Of a stretch of DNA of 34,632 bases, positions 23,831-31,674 are shown piece after piece; position 1 is the stretch's first letter, and the number at the start of each line of letters is the position of its first letter. The stretch lies in NCBI GenBank assembly GCA_018623995.1, contig JAAZUV010000002.1, forward strand, positions 1-34,632, written 5' to 3'. The DNA comes from Methanobacteriota archaeon. GTDB taxonomy: Archaea > Thermoplasmatota > Poseidoniia > Poseidoniales > Poseidoniaceae. The notes under the pieces are model-generated. The model was given only the letters and a program-made list of their open reading frames with translations, did no database searches and was not told where the DNA came from. A program made the position numbers and the translations under genes.

Positions 23831-24232
23831 ATGCCAAACATCGTAGCCGTATGCGCAATGTACCACTTGGACGAAATGAATAAAATGCTGAAAATCGCAA
23901 CCTCTCAAGCAGAGGATTTGGGATACAACATCGTCGATGTGATCGAAGTTCCTGGTTGCATGGAAATCCCACTAGCGCTCGACAGAGTCCTAGCAAACGA
24001 GGAGATTGATGGAGCATTTTGCCTTGGTATCATCGAAAAAGGCGAGACGGACCACGGTCTTGTCATGGGTCAAGGCGTCCTCAAAACCATCCTCGAATTG
24101 CAATTGGTTCACAACAAACCAATCGGTTTGGGCATCATTGGTCCTGGTGCATTACCCGAGCATGTTGGACCTCGAATTGGACCACATGCAACAGCTGCAG
24201 TCGATGCACTACGCCCGTTCCTCGATGAGTGA
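23831..24232 (+). CDS. ribH: 6,7-dimethyl-8-ribityllumazine synthase (short archaeal-like form)
   Basis: 133 aa, starting 2 nt after the ribE stop. Motifs VPGCMEIPLA, GIIEKGETDHG and KPIGLGIIGPG resemble archaeal RibH (VPG..D.P.A, IEGETEHD, PV.LGI.GPG). Confidence 0.8.
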   Translation: MPNIVAVCAMYHLDEMNKMLKIATSQAEDLGYNIVDVIEVPGCMEIPLALDRVLANEEIDGAFCLGIIEKGETDHGLVMGQGVLKTILELQLVHNKPIGLGIIGPGALPEHVGPRIGPHATAAVDALRPFLDE

Positions 24233-24754
24233 TTGGTTTCGTTTCTTGTAGAACACGTACGACCAAATGGCGATGATGATCGCTAAATTCGTGAACCATA
24301 TCCATGGCGTGCTCCACCGATATCCATCAACCCGAATGTCACTGAACGGTGCCAAAAACGGTGTAGGGAAGAATTTCGCAGTATGCGTCGGTATGTCGTT
24401 GAAGATGTGGATGAACCAAGGAAGCCACAGCCAAATTGCAGCGTTACGTGCTGAAAGTGAATGGTCGGTAAACAACCGTTGCGTAACGCCTCGCTTTTCG
24501 AAGAAAATCCACGTGAACAAGAATCCAATCGTCGCCCAAATGAGGCTATGCGTGACTTGGTATGCTTCCCATGCGTACCATCCAAAATCAGCGGTGACTG
24601 TATTCTCATCAATCTCAGGTCGCCCGTCCAAAAAGAAGGAGTTCGGAATGAAAACAAGCAGGTCTGGAAGGACGCCCATCAATCCAGCAACCCAGAATTT
24701 CGTACGTCCATTCGTCGCACCCGAACCCATCAACCAGTGTGAGGCGACATCCAT
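24209..24754 (-). CDS. membrane protein, DUF457/YdjM-like putative metal-dependent hydrolase
   Basis: 181 aa with four to five TM segments. Conserved His/Asp positions (N-terminal SHW, LPDLL, VTHS, HIFNDIPTH) are reminiscent of the DUF457 family. Its 3' end overlaps the ribH 3' end by 24 nt (convergent). Confidence 0.6.
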   Translation of the reverse strand: MDVASHWLMGSGATNGRTKFWVAGLMGVLPDLLVFIPNSFFLDGRPEIDENTVTADFGWYAWEAYQVTHSLIWATIGFLFTWIFFEKRGVTQRLFTDHSLSARNAAIWLWLPWFIHIFNDIPTHTAKFFPTPFLAPFSDIRVDGYRWSTPWIWFTNLAIIIAIWSYVFYKKRNQSLIEERA

Positions 24755-24817
24755 AATGCAACCTCAACGTATTGAGAATTAAATTTTAGCACAAGGCCGA
24801 ATTCAATCCTAGAAGGA

Positions 24818-27800
24818 TTATTTTCGATGAACCCATTGCTGGGTTGATGGATCTCGGTAGAACCATTGTTGGCTTCCTGATGGATGTTCAATCCATTCCA
24901 TGCCATCACGCATGGCGCCACGAGTCGCATATTGTGGATATTCAATCGATGGAGCCTCCTCAAAGCCATCACTCTCTTTTCGTCGCATCATGGTGAATCC
25001 AATCAATACGACAACAACCACACCTGCAACCCAAACAAGCATGTTTGATGTGAGCAAATTCTCATCTGAACCTGCTCCTTTCAATTCGTTTTGTTCATCA
25101 GAACAGCCTTTTGCATTGGCAATTTGATTGGCACCTGTATTTGCACATTCATCGTTGGCGTCATACACGCCATCACCATCTGAATCCATTTGCCATGCTG
25201 AGCATCCATTCGGAGCTACAGAATCAGCGAGTGTGTTTGGACAAAGGTCGAATTTGTTGAAAATCCCGTCCATATCATCGTCACGCTGATTCCATGAACA
25301 TCCATTTACATCGACCGTTTCGTTAAATTCAGTGTTCGGACATGTGTCGATTGAAGTACAGTTCGATGGCCCTTGAGAAGCGGCATCTCTGTTGCAAATT
25401 AAATCCAAATCAGTATCGACTTGAAGATCTGAACAGCCTGAATCATCTATTTCAGCCCCGATTGCAGTGGCTTCACACACATCCCAATAATCGTTGATTG
25501 AATCTTGGTCGGAATCACGCTGCTTTCTGTCACACCCGTTCGCATCAGCATCTCCGGGGATTTCGGTGTATTCACACAAATCATTGCCGTTGTCCACCCC
25601 ATCGCCATCGCTGTCCTGTTGTGCCCAACTACAACCATTGCTATCGGTGCTTACGCCTGTTGAAGTGCCCGGACACTTGTCTTCGCCAGTGCAATCGGAT
25701 GGGCCGTCACTTGGAGCATCATCGTTGCAGATGCCATCGAAATCTTCGTCAACCTGGCCTTCTGTACAGCCATTTTCATCCGTACTCACGCCTGCGGGCG
25801 AGTCCATACAAAGGTCAACAAAATTCGCTACACCGTCGTCATCATCATCGAGTTGTTCTTCACTGCATCCGGTTTCATCTACGACCCATTGAATATCTGT
25901 CAGTGGACATGCATCGACTGAGTTGTTGAACCCATCTCCATCGGAATCTTTAGTCATTGAGATGTAGTTATCGCTTTGACCTGGCTTGATGAGTACAACC
26001 TCCTCATCTGGGTGATACAATGGTGCAACAACATCACTTGATCTGTACACTTCACTTTCAGCGAGAAAGCTCAGATTGCCTTCATCAATTGAGTATGTTT
26101 TGAGAATCGTTGTTGCTCCCTCTTGTTCATCATCACATCTCCAAGAGCAGTATTCCAGCAACACAGTGACGTAAATCATTTTCTGATTCTTTGAGAATTG
26201 GATATCAATAATTTCTGAATCGTTTTCTGTTACAGCGACAGTGGTAGTAGTGGTTAATTTTGATGCTGAATAGGTCATGATTTCCTCATCCGAATGAAGG
26301 AGGAAGTGTCCTCCATCAGAGGTGAGTTGCATCGTATCTGAACCCCTCATAGCACGTGTCTCCACAAATTCATAATTTTGCGCGTCCCAGACGACAATCT
26401 GCGATCCATCACCACCAAACAGCCAGCCGCCGTCACGAGAGAATTGGAACATACTTGGAGCAAAATTGCTGTCTTGAAGCAGTATTGACTGCATTGAACT
26501 GTCGAGCAGAATGGTCTCTACTCTGTACCCAGAATTGTATGCAGATAATACAACCATGTTTCCATCATGTGAATACGTTGTGCTGTCAGCCCTCACACCC
26601 CTACAATCTGAAAGAAACACTTGGAGTTCAGATAACACCTGAGTTTGTACATTCCAAGTTTGAAATTCACATTCCGAATCATCGTTGCTTATGGTCAACA
26701 ACAACTCTTGGCTATCCGGGCTCCACTCGTAATCATTGAAGTAATAGTCTCCAGGTGCGTATATCGTGTATACAACTGAAAGATCCTTGTCCATAACAAA
26801 AACGTCCCCATATGAGGGAGACTTTCTTGCAGCGATAAAATCCCCATTTGGAGCAAATTCAAGGTACCCGTAATCTTTTGAATTTTCGATGTGCGTTCCA
26901 TTGAAGTCCCACAAAATATTCTCCGGGCAGTCATTGAATGCATCCAACGGGCATTCGTCGCTCTCATCGCTCAACCCATCGCCATCTGTATCTCTCTGCA
27001 CAGACGAGCAGCCATTGCGATCCGTCTTCGAATTGGCTGCGGAGTCGGGACAAACATCATCTGAGTCGGCTATACCGTCACCATCTGAATCCAACAATTG
27101 AGAGACTGAGCAACCCCTCGCATCGACAGATGAGGTATCCTTCGTGCGAGGGCAGTCATCGAATTTGTCATTGATTCCATCTCCATCAGTATCTCGTTGG
27201 CTTGATGAGCAACCCGATGTATTCGATTCCTCTTCAGGGGGGGTTTCAGGGCATTGGTCTTTGGAATCATCTACACCATCTTCGTCCTGATCAGGCATGT
27301 AGCCAACCAATTTCGTAGTATCGTAGCCACCAGATATGAGAACAAAAATTTCAGAATCATTTGCTGAAAAACTTGCGTCTTTGTTTCCGTAGGAGACGTC
27401 TAAATCTCGTTCAAAATCCCAATCCATTGTTGAGTAAATTCCGATGTCACCAGTCGAATAAGAACCAATTGTTTGGAGAAATGACGTTCCATCATGTGAA
27501 AATTTTGCCTCTCCTGTTGTATATTGGATTGTATCACTTAGCGTGTAGTCGTTGGTCGTATACACGTAGGTGCTTGAACCGTCGTTTGCTATGAGAGCAT
27601 CACCGTCAGGGGATGCGGCAAGGTCGTACACTGGACTTTGGATTGTAAATGAACGCGTTAACACCCATCTCTTGCCTGCAAGAGGAACGTCTTGATACTC
27701 GTAAACGTTCCCTGAGCCATCAGAGCCTACGTACCAAATTTTTTCCTCGCTTGGATGATGAGTGACTAATATTCCGGTGGAAGAGGCACCCTCAACTTCA

Positions 27801-28408
27801 TTCCAATCAGGAGCTTCATACATGTGGCCGCCGTTGTTGCCTGTGGCGACAATGACTCGAGTGCTATCTCCGGACCATGTGACTGAATTGAAAAAGAAAT
27901 TATCGCCTGTGGAGCGAGATTGACTGACTACCTCCGTCCATGTCGCTGTTTCAACGACCGAGAATGTTTCTGGTGAGCGCAAAGCTAGGTACTGCCCGTC
28001 TGGCGAAAACATGACATCTCGCAAAGAATCACTGTTCTGAATCGTGTGAAGGAGGCTCAAATCATGCGTGTTGTATACGATCACATCGCCAGTTTCATCA
28101 TCGCACCCTTCTGAGTAAATGGCAAGCATGTCGAGAGTGCTGGTCGCAGTAATGAGGTAATCAGATCCATAGTAACTCCTACAGCCATCATCAACAAAAA
28201 TTTCCCTGTGAATCACCCAATCTCCATAATGCACTGAACGCCCTGAAGTCCCTTGATTGGCGGCTTCCTCCGGAGAAAATTCATGCATGTGGATTGGACT
28301 TGTTGAACAGAGAACGAAGAGCAGTGAAAGAAAAAATGGAAGAATCGTAATACGACTACTCATTGAATAGATTCTCTGCACTGACCTACATAGGTGTTTA
28401 GCCGACAC
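24818..28408 (-). CDS. 1196-aa type-I membrane surface protein: two beta-propeller (TolB/WD40-like) modules alternating with two thrombospondin type-3-like Ca-binding repeat arrays, TM helix, 55-aa cytoplasmic tail
   Basis: The track start is GTG 28408; the likely start is ATG 28363 (MSSRITILPFFLSLLFVLCS, a signal peptide). Propeller blades: FSPDGQYLA, WSGDSTRVI, ASPDGDALI, FSHDGTSFL / FAPNGDFIA, WSPDSQELL, YSHDGNMVV, FSRDGGWLF. TSP3-like units: DTDGDGINDKFDDCP, DSDGDGIADSDDVCP, DTDGDGLSDESDECP, DSDGDGFNNSVDACP, DSDGDGVDNGNDLCE, DDDMDGIFNKFDLCP, DSDGDGVYDANDECA. TM helix at 24986-25045. Confidence 0.9.
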   Translation of the reverse strand: MSAKHLCRSVQRIYSMSSRITILPFFLSLLFVLCSTSPIHMHEFSPEEAANQGTSGRSVHYGDWVIHREIFVDDGCRSYYGSDYLITATSTLDMLAIYSEGCDDETGDVIVYNTHDLSLLHTIQNSDSLRDVMFSPDGQYLALRSPETFSVVETATWTEVVSQSRSTGDNFFFNSVTWSGDSTRVIVATGNNGGHMYEAPDWNEVEGASSTGILVTHHPSEEKIWYVGSDGSGNVYEYQDVPLAGKRWVLTRSFTIQSPVYDLAASPDGDALIANDGSSTYVYTTNDYTLSDTIQYTTGEAKFSHDGTSFLQTIGSYSTGDIGIYSTMDWDFERDLDVSYGNKDASFSANDSEIFVLISGGYDTTKLVGYMPDQDEDGVDDSKDQCPETPPEEESNTSGCSSSQRDTDGDGINDKFDDCPRTKDTSSVDARGCSVSQLLDSDGDGIADSDDVCPDSAANSKTDRNGCSSVQRDTDGDGLSDESDECPLDAFNDCPENILWDFNGTHIENSKDYGYLEFAPNGDFIAARKSPSYGDVFVMDKDLSVVYTIYAPGDYYFNDYEWSPDSQELLLTISNDDSECEFQTWNVQTQVLSELQVFLSDCRGVRADSTTYSHDGNMVVLSAYNSGYRVETILLDSSMQSILLQDSNFAPSMFQFSRDGGWLFGGDGSQIVVWDAQNYEFVETRAMRGSDTMQLTSDGGHFLLHSDEEIMTYSASKLTTTTTVAVTENDSEIIDIQFSKNQKMIYVTVLLEYCSWRCDDEQEGATTILKTYSIDEGNLSFLAESEVYRSSDVVAPLYHPDEEVVLIKPGQSDNYISMTKDSDGDGFNNSVDACPLTDIQWVVDETGCSEEQLDDDDDGVANFVDLCMDSPAGVSTDENGCTEGQVDEDFDGICNDDAPSDGPSDCTGEDKCPGTSTGVSTDSNGCSWAQQDSDGDGVDNGNDLCEYTEIPGDADANGCDRKQRDSDQDSINDYWDVCEATAIGAEIDDSGCSDLQVDTDLDLICNRDAASQGPSNCTSIDTCPNTEFNETVDVNGCSWNQRDDDMDGIFNKFDLCPNTLADSVAPNGCSAWQMDSDGDGVYDANDECANTGANQIANAKGCSDEQNELKGAGSDENLLTSNMLVWVAGVVVVVLIGFTMMRRKESDGFEEAPSIEYPQYATRGAMRDGMEWIEHPSGSQQWFYRDPSTQQWVHRK
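25094..25957 (-). repeat. thrombospondin type-3-like repeat array 2 (coding)
   Basis: About eight degenerate units (NGCS.xQxDxDxDGxxNxxDxC) within aa 818-1105. Confidence 0.75.
26924..27295 (-). repeat. thrombospondin type-3-like repeat array 1 (coding)
   Basis: Three to four units of C-x-x-x-Q-x-D-[ST]-D-G-D-G-x-x-D-x-x-D-x-C-P within aa 372-495 of the surface protein. Confidence 0.75.
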
Positions 28409-28413
28409 TTTGC

Positions 28414-29403
28414 ATGAGAAAACACAGGGATAATGTTCAAGTCCATCGGGGTGTTGGTCGAAGAGTGAGTCAAATGTCAGATGTTCACAATGTCATCATT
28501 ATCGGTTCTGGACCTGCTGGATATACTGCTGGTTTGTACGCAGCTCGAGCTATGCTCGAGCCACTCATGTTCGCTGGATACATGTCCGGTGGCCAGTTGA
28601 TGCTCACCAGCGATATCGAGAATTTCCCTGGCTATCCGGAAGGTATCGGCGGTCCTGAGATGATGATGCAACTTCGTGAGCAAGCTGAGCGATTTGGTTT
28701 GAACGTTCACGACAAGAACGTTGAATCCGTTGACACGTCCTCTCGACCGTTCAAGGTCACCGTTGAAGGTGAGGATTTCTTTGCGCATTCGCTGATTGTT
28801 TGTACTGGAGCAGAATCCATTTGGCTTGATGCTCCTGGTGAAGCGCAGCAAAAAGGACGAGGCATTTCCACCTGTGCAACGTGCGATGGAGCCTTTTTCC
28901 GAGAAGAGGAAGTTCTCGTTATCGGTGGTGGAGATTCTGCCTGTGAGGAAGCAACCTTCCTCACTCGATTTGCTTCAAAGGTCACGTTGGTTCACCGTCG
29001 AGATGTGTTCCGAGCATCGACCATCATGTACGAACGTGCTGCGAACCATCCGAAGATTGAGATCAAAACCTTCCGTCAAGTCAAGGAATGGCTGAGCGAT
29101 GAGAAGGGACTGACTGGAGCCGTTCTCGAGGATCCAAGAGATGGGTCGACCGAAGAGATTGCTGCAACTGGGGCGTTCATTGCCATTGGTCACAAACCGA
29201 TTACAAACTTCCTTGGTGGACAGGTTGAAACGGATGAAAATGGGTACATTATTCACAAGAACCACACCATGACTTCGGTTGATGGTGTCTTTGCAGCAGG
29301 CGACGTTGTTGATACTCGTTACAAGCAAGCCATTACCGCAGCGGGAATGGGTTGCCAAGCCGCTATCGATGCAGAAAAGTGGCTTGAGGAAAACGTTCAT
29401 TGA
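28414..29403 (+). CDS. trxB: thioredoxin-disulfide reductase
   Basis: The likely start is ATG 28474 (MSDVHNVIIIGSGPAGYTAGLYAARA). Redox-active CATCDG, the NADPH motif VIGGGDSACEEATFLTRFASKVTLVHRRDVFRA, and C-terminal GVFAAGDV. Confidence 0.95.
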   Translation: MRKHRDNVQVHRGVGRRVSQMSDVHNVIIIGSGPAGYTAGLYAARAMLEPLMFAGYMSGGQLMLTSDIENFPGYPEGIGGPEMMMQLREQAERFGLNVHDKNVESVDTSSRPFKVTVEGEDFFAHSLIVCTGAESIWLDAPGEAQQKGRGISTCATCDGAFFREEEVLVIGGGDSACEEATFLTRFASKVTLVHRRDVFRASTIMYERAANHPKIEIKTFRQVKEWLSDEKGLTGAVLEDPRDGSTEEIAATGAFIAIGHKPITNFLGGQVETDENGYIIHKNHTMTSVDGVFAAGDVVDTRYKQAITAAGMGCQAAIDAEKWLEENVH

Positions 29404-29443
29404 GCAACGATGTCTATTTGATTGAGCATCAATACGCATCAAC

Positions 29444-30598
29444 ATGGTCGATATGCAACGGCATGCCCGTCATCTTGTCCTTCCACAAGTTGGAATTGAG
29501 GGACAGGAGAAGTTGGCCAAGGCCAAAGTGTTCGTTGTGGGTGCAGGTGGGCTTGGCAGCCCTGTTCTTCTCTATCTCGCCGCAGCTGGTGTTGGGACCA
29601 TTGGTGTCATCGATGATGATTTGGTCGACATTTCGAATCTTCAACGCCAAGTCCTTCATCGAACCGAAGACGTTGGTCGGTTGAAGGTTGATTCTGCCAA
29701 AGAACAACTTCTCGCACTTGATCCAAACCTGAACATTGTCGAGCACAAGGAGAGGCTTAGCCCTGAAAACGCACTTGAACTGTTCAAGGGCTGGGACGTC
29801 ATTGTTGATGGAACGGACAACATTCCTACACGATACTTAATCGATGATGCTTGTCACCTTCTCTCGATTCCTTGGGTCTACGGTTCGATCCACCGATTTG
29901 AGGGTCAAGTCTCGTTCTTTTCCTCAAAAGAAGACCGCCGTTATCGGGATCTGTTCCCCGAAGCACCTCCGGCTGGAGCGCTGCAAAACTGTGCTGAAGC
30001 TGGAGTGTTTGGTGTTCTTCCGGGCGTTGTCGGCAGTCTTCAGGCAACGGAGGTCATCAAACACATTATTGGAATGGGATCGAGCCTCATTGGGCGCCTC
30101 CTCCTGTACGATGCAGAGTCAATGAGCATGCAATCACTGCACTTTGGTCCTCTTGACTCGAAGCCAGAGATCACGGATTTGTCCTATGCTCAGGCGTTGT
30201 TTGACGATCCTACCTACTGCACGCCACGCCCTCAGCAAGTTCAAGAAGACGAGGCTGCACGGGATTCCATGATGCAATCCATCACCGTGCCTGAATTGAA
30301 ATCAAAGCAGCAAACAGGATGGAATCCATTCATTATCGACGTTCGTAGCGATGAGGAACTTCAACAAGTTCGACTTGCAACATTCGATTTGCATGTCATC
30401 CACGATGTTGCGAATACGGCCTCGAACGATGTTCCTAGCGACCGTGATGTTGTGGTCATGTGTCGAAGTGGTATGCGTTCTCAAATGGCCATTATGTTGC
30501 TCAATCAAGCGGGTATCGATTCCAGTCGCTTGTACAACCTCACCGGTGGCATCATGGCATGGGGCCAAATCGCTCCAGAAGACATTGTTCACGGCTAA
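29444..30598 (+). CDS. MoeB/ThiF-family E1-like adenylyltransferase fused to a C-terminal rhodanese domain (MoeZ/MoeBR-like)
   Basis: 384 aa. Motifs: RHARHLVLPQVGIEGQEKLAKAKVFVVGAGGLGSPVLLYLAAAGVGTIGVIDDDLVDISNLQRQVLH, NCAEAGVFGVLPGVVGSLQATEVIKHI, and the rhodanese active-site loop VVVMCRSGMRS. Confidence 0.9.
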   Translation: MVDMQRHARHLVLPQVGIEGQEKLAKAKVFVVGAGGLGSPVLLYLAAAGVGTIGVIDDDLVDISNLQRQVLHRTEDVGRLKVDSAKEQLLALDPNLNIVEHKERLSPENALELFKGWDVIVDGTDNIPTRYLIDDACHLLSIPWVYGSIHRFEGQVSFFSSKEDRRYRDLFPEAPPAGALQNCAEAGVFGVLPGVVGSLQATEVIKHIIGMGSSLIGRLLLYDAESMSMQSLHFGPLDSKPEITDLSYAQALFDDPTYCTPRPQQVQEDEAARDSMMQSITVPELKSKQQTGWNPFIIDVRSDEELQQVRLATFDLHVIHDVANTASNDVPSDRDVVVMCRSGMRSQMAIMLLNQAGIDSSRLYNLTGGIMAWGQIAPEDIVHG

Positions 30599-30639
30599 TT
30601 TGTGGGTGAGGTTCAAAGAGCCGGAGGTCTCGTTTCCTC

Positions 30640-31674
30640 TTGGTCATCATGGGAAAGGTCATCGTTGCTGACGAGAATCAGGGTCGTCGTACCCTTCTCG
30701 CATCAACGCTTGAACGTGAAGGATTTGATGTTACCCGGGCCGGAACACTTCGTCAAGCAGAAGGAACAGCCCTTGCCGTCATGCCCGAGGTGGTTCTGCT
30801 TGATGGTGAGTGGAAATCAGGCGATGCCATTGATGCTGCTCAACGATTGATGGGCGATCCTGAATTTGCGTTCAAGTGCCGAATTGTCCTATTGTCTCGA
30901 TCCACGACTCCGGATTTCATGTTGGTCGCTGCGAAGGCTGGAATTCACGAAGTAATTGGTAAACCGGTCGACATGAAGGTTCTTGTCGACCAACTTTGGA
31001 AACACAGTCGCAAACAATTCGTTCCTCCTCCAGCAGACGTTACGCTCGATACCGGAGGTGGTTCGTTCGATGTCGCGGTAATGGCCGGTGGAGGGGGATG
31101 GGCGTTACCCATGCTCAAGGGGCTCGTAGGACCCGACCGAATCAACGAGTCCTTCATCAACGAAATTCTTGTTCAGATGGGCGAAGAAGGAATGGATGTT
31201 GACTTGGATTTGGAAGCAACGGATTTGTCCAATCTTCTTCGCGTTGCACTCAACCGCTTGGTGCAAGAAGGCGGAGAGGGAGGCGAAGCAACTGGGCCGT
31301 CGTTTGAAGATTTGAAGAAAAAGAAATCTCTGGGCGATTTAAACGAGCAACCAACGCCTGTTTCAGCAGGTGGAATGGAATCGATTTTGGAACAGCAAGC
31401 GGCAAACATTGCCGACGAGATTGAATCAAAAATGGATGATATCCTCGATGAAGTGCCAGAACAAATTGCGCTCCTTCCTGAGGATGATATGGACCGCATC
31501 GACCCTCAAGTCTTGCGCATGACACGACTGACCACAGAAATGGTTCATGAATTGATGTGGGATTTAGGACGGCCAGGGGCCGTCGCTGATATCACACTCA
31601 TGACACGAATAGAGGATGCAACAGAAATGCTTGGTGATGTCCTCTCATCATTGCCTGAATCGGAAGAGGAATGA
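30640..31674 (+). CDS. response-regulator receiver (REC) domain protein with uncharacterised acidic C-terminal region
   Basis: The track start is TTG 30640; the likely start is ATG 30649 (MGKVIVADENQ). REC hallmarks: acidic pair DE, putative phospho-acceptor in VVLLDGEW, LLSRS, GKP. The C-terminal ~220 aa are D/E-rich with no recognisable output domain and end in ESEEE. Confidence 0.75.
   Translation: MVIMGKVIVADENQGRRTLLASTLEREGFDVTRAGTLRQAEGTALAVMPEVVLLDGEWKSGDAIDAAQRLMGDPEFAFKCRIVLLSRSTTPDFMLVAAKAGIHEVIGKPVDMKVLVDQLWKHSRKQFVPPPADVTLDTGGGSFDVAVMAGGGGWALPMLKGLVGPDRINESFINEILVQMGEEGMDVDLDLEATDLSNLLRVALNRLVQEGGEGGEATGPSFEDLKKKKSLGDLNEQPTPVSAGGMESILEQQAANIADEIESKMDDILDEVPEQIALLPEDDMDRIDPQVLRMTRLTTEMVHELMWDLGRPGAVADITLMTRIEDATEMLGDVLSSLPESEEE

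Noticed and set aside
28975-29445. 156-aa ORF antisense to trxB
   Set aside because: The trxB frame is unambiguous (CATCDG, GGGDSA). This is an antisense shadow ORF.
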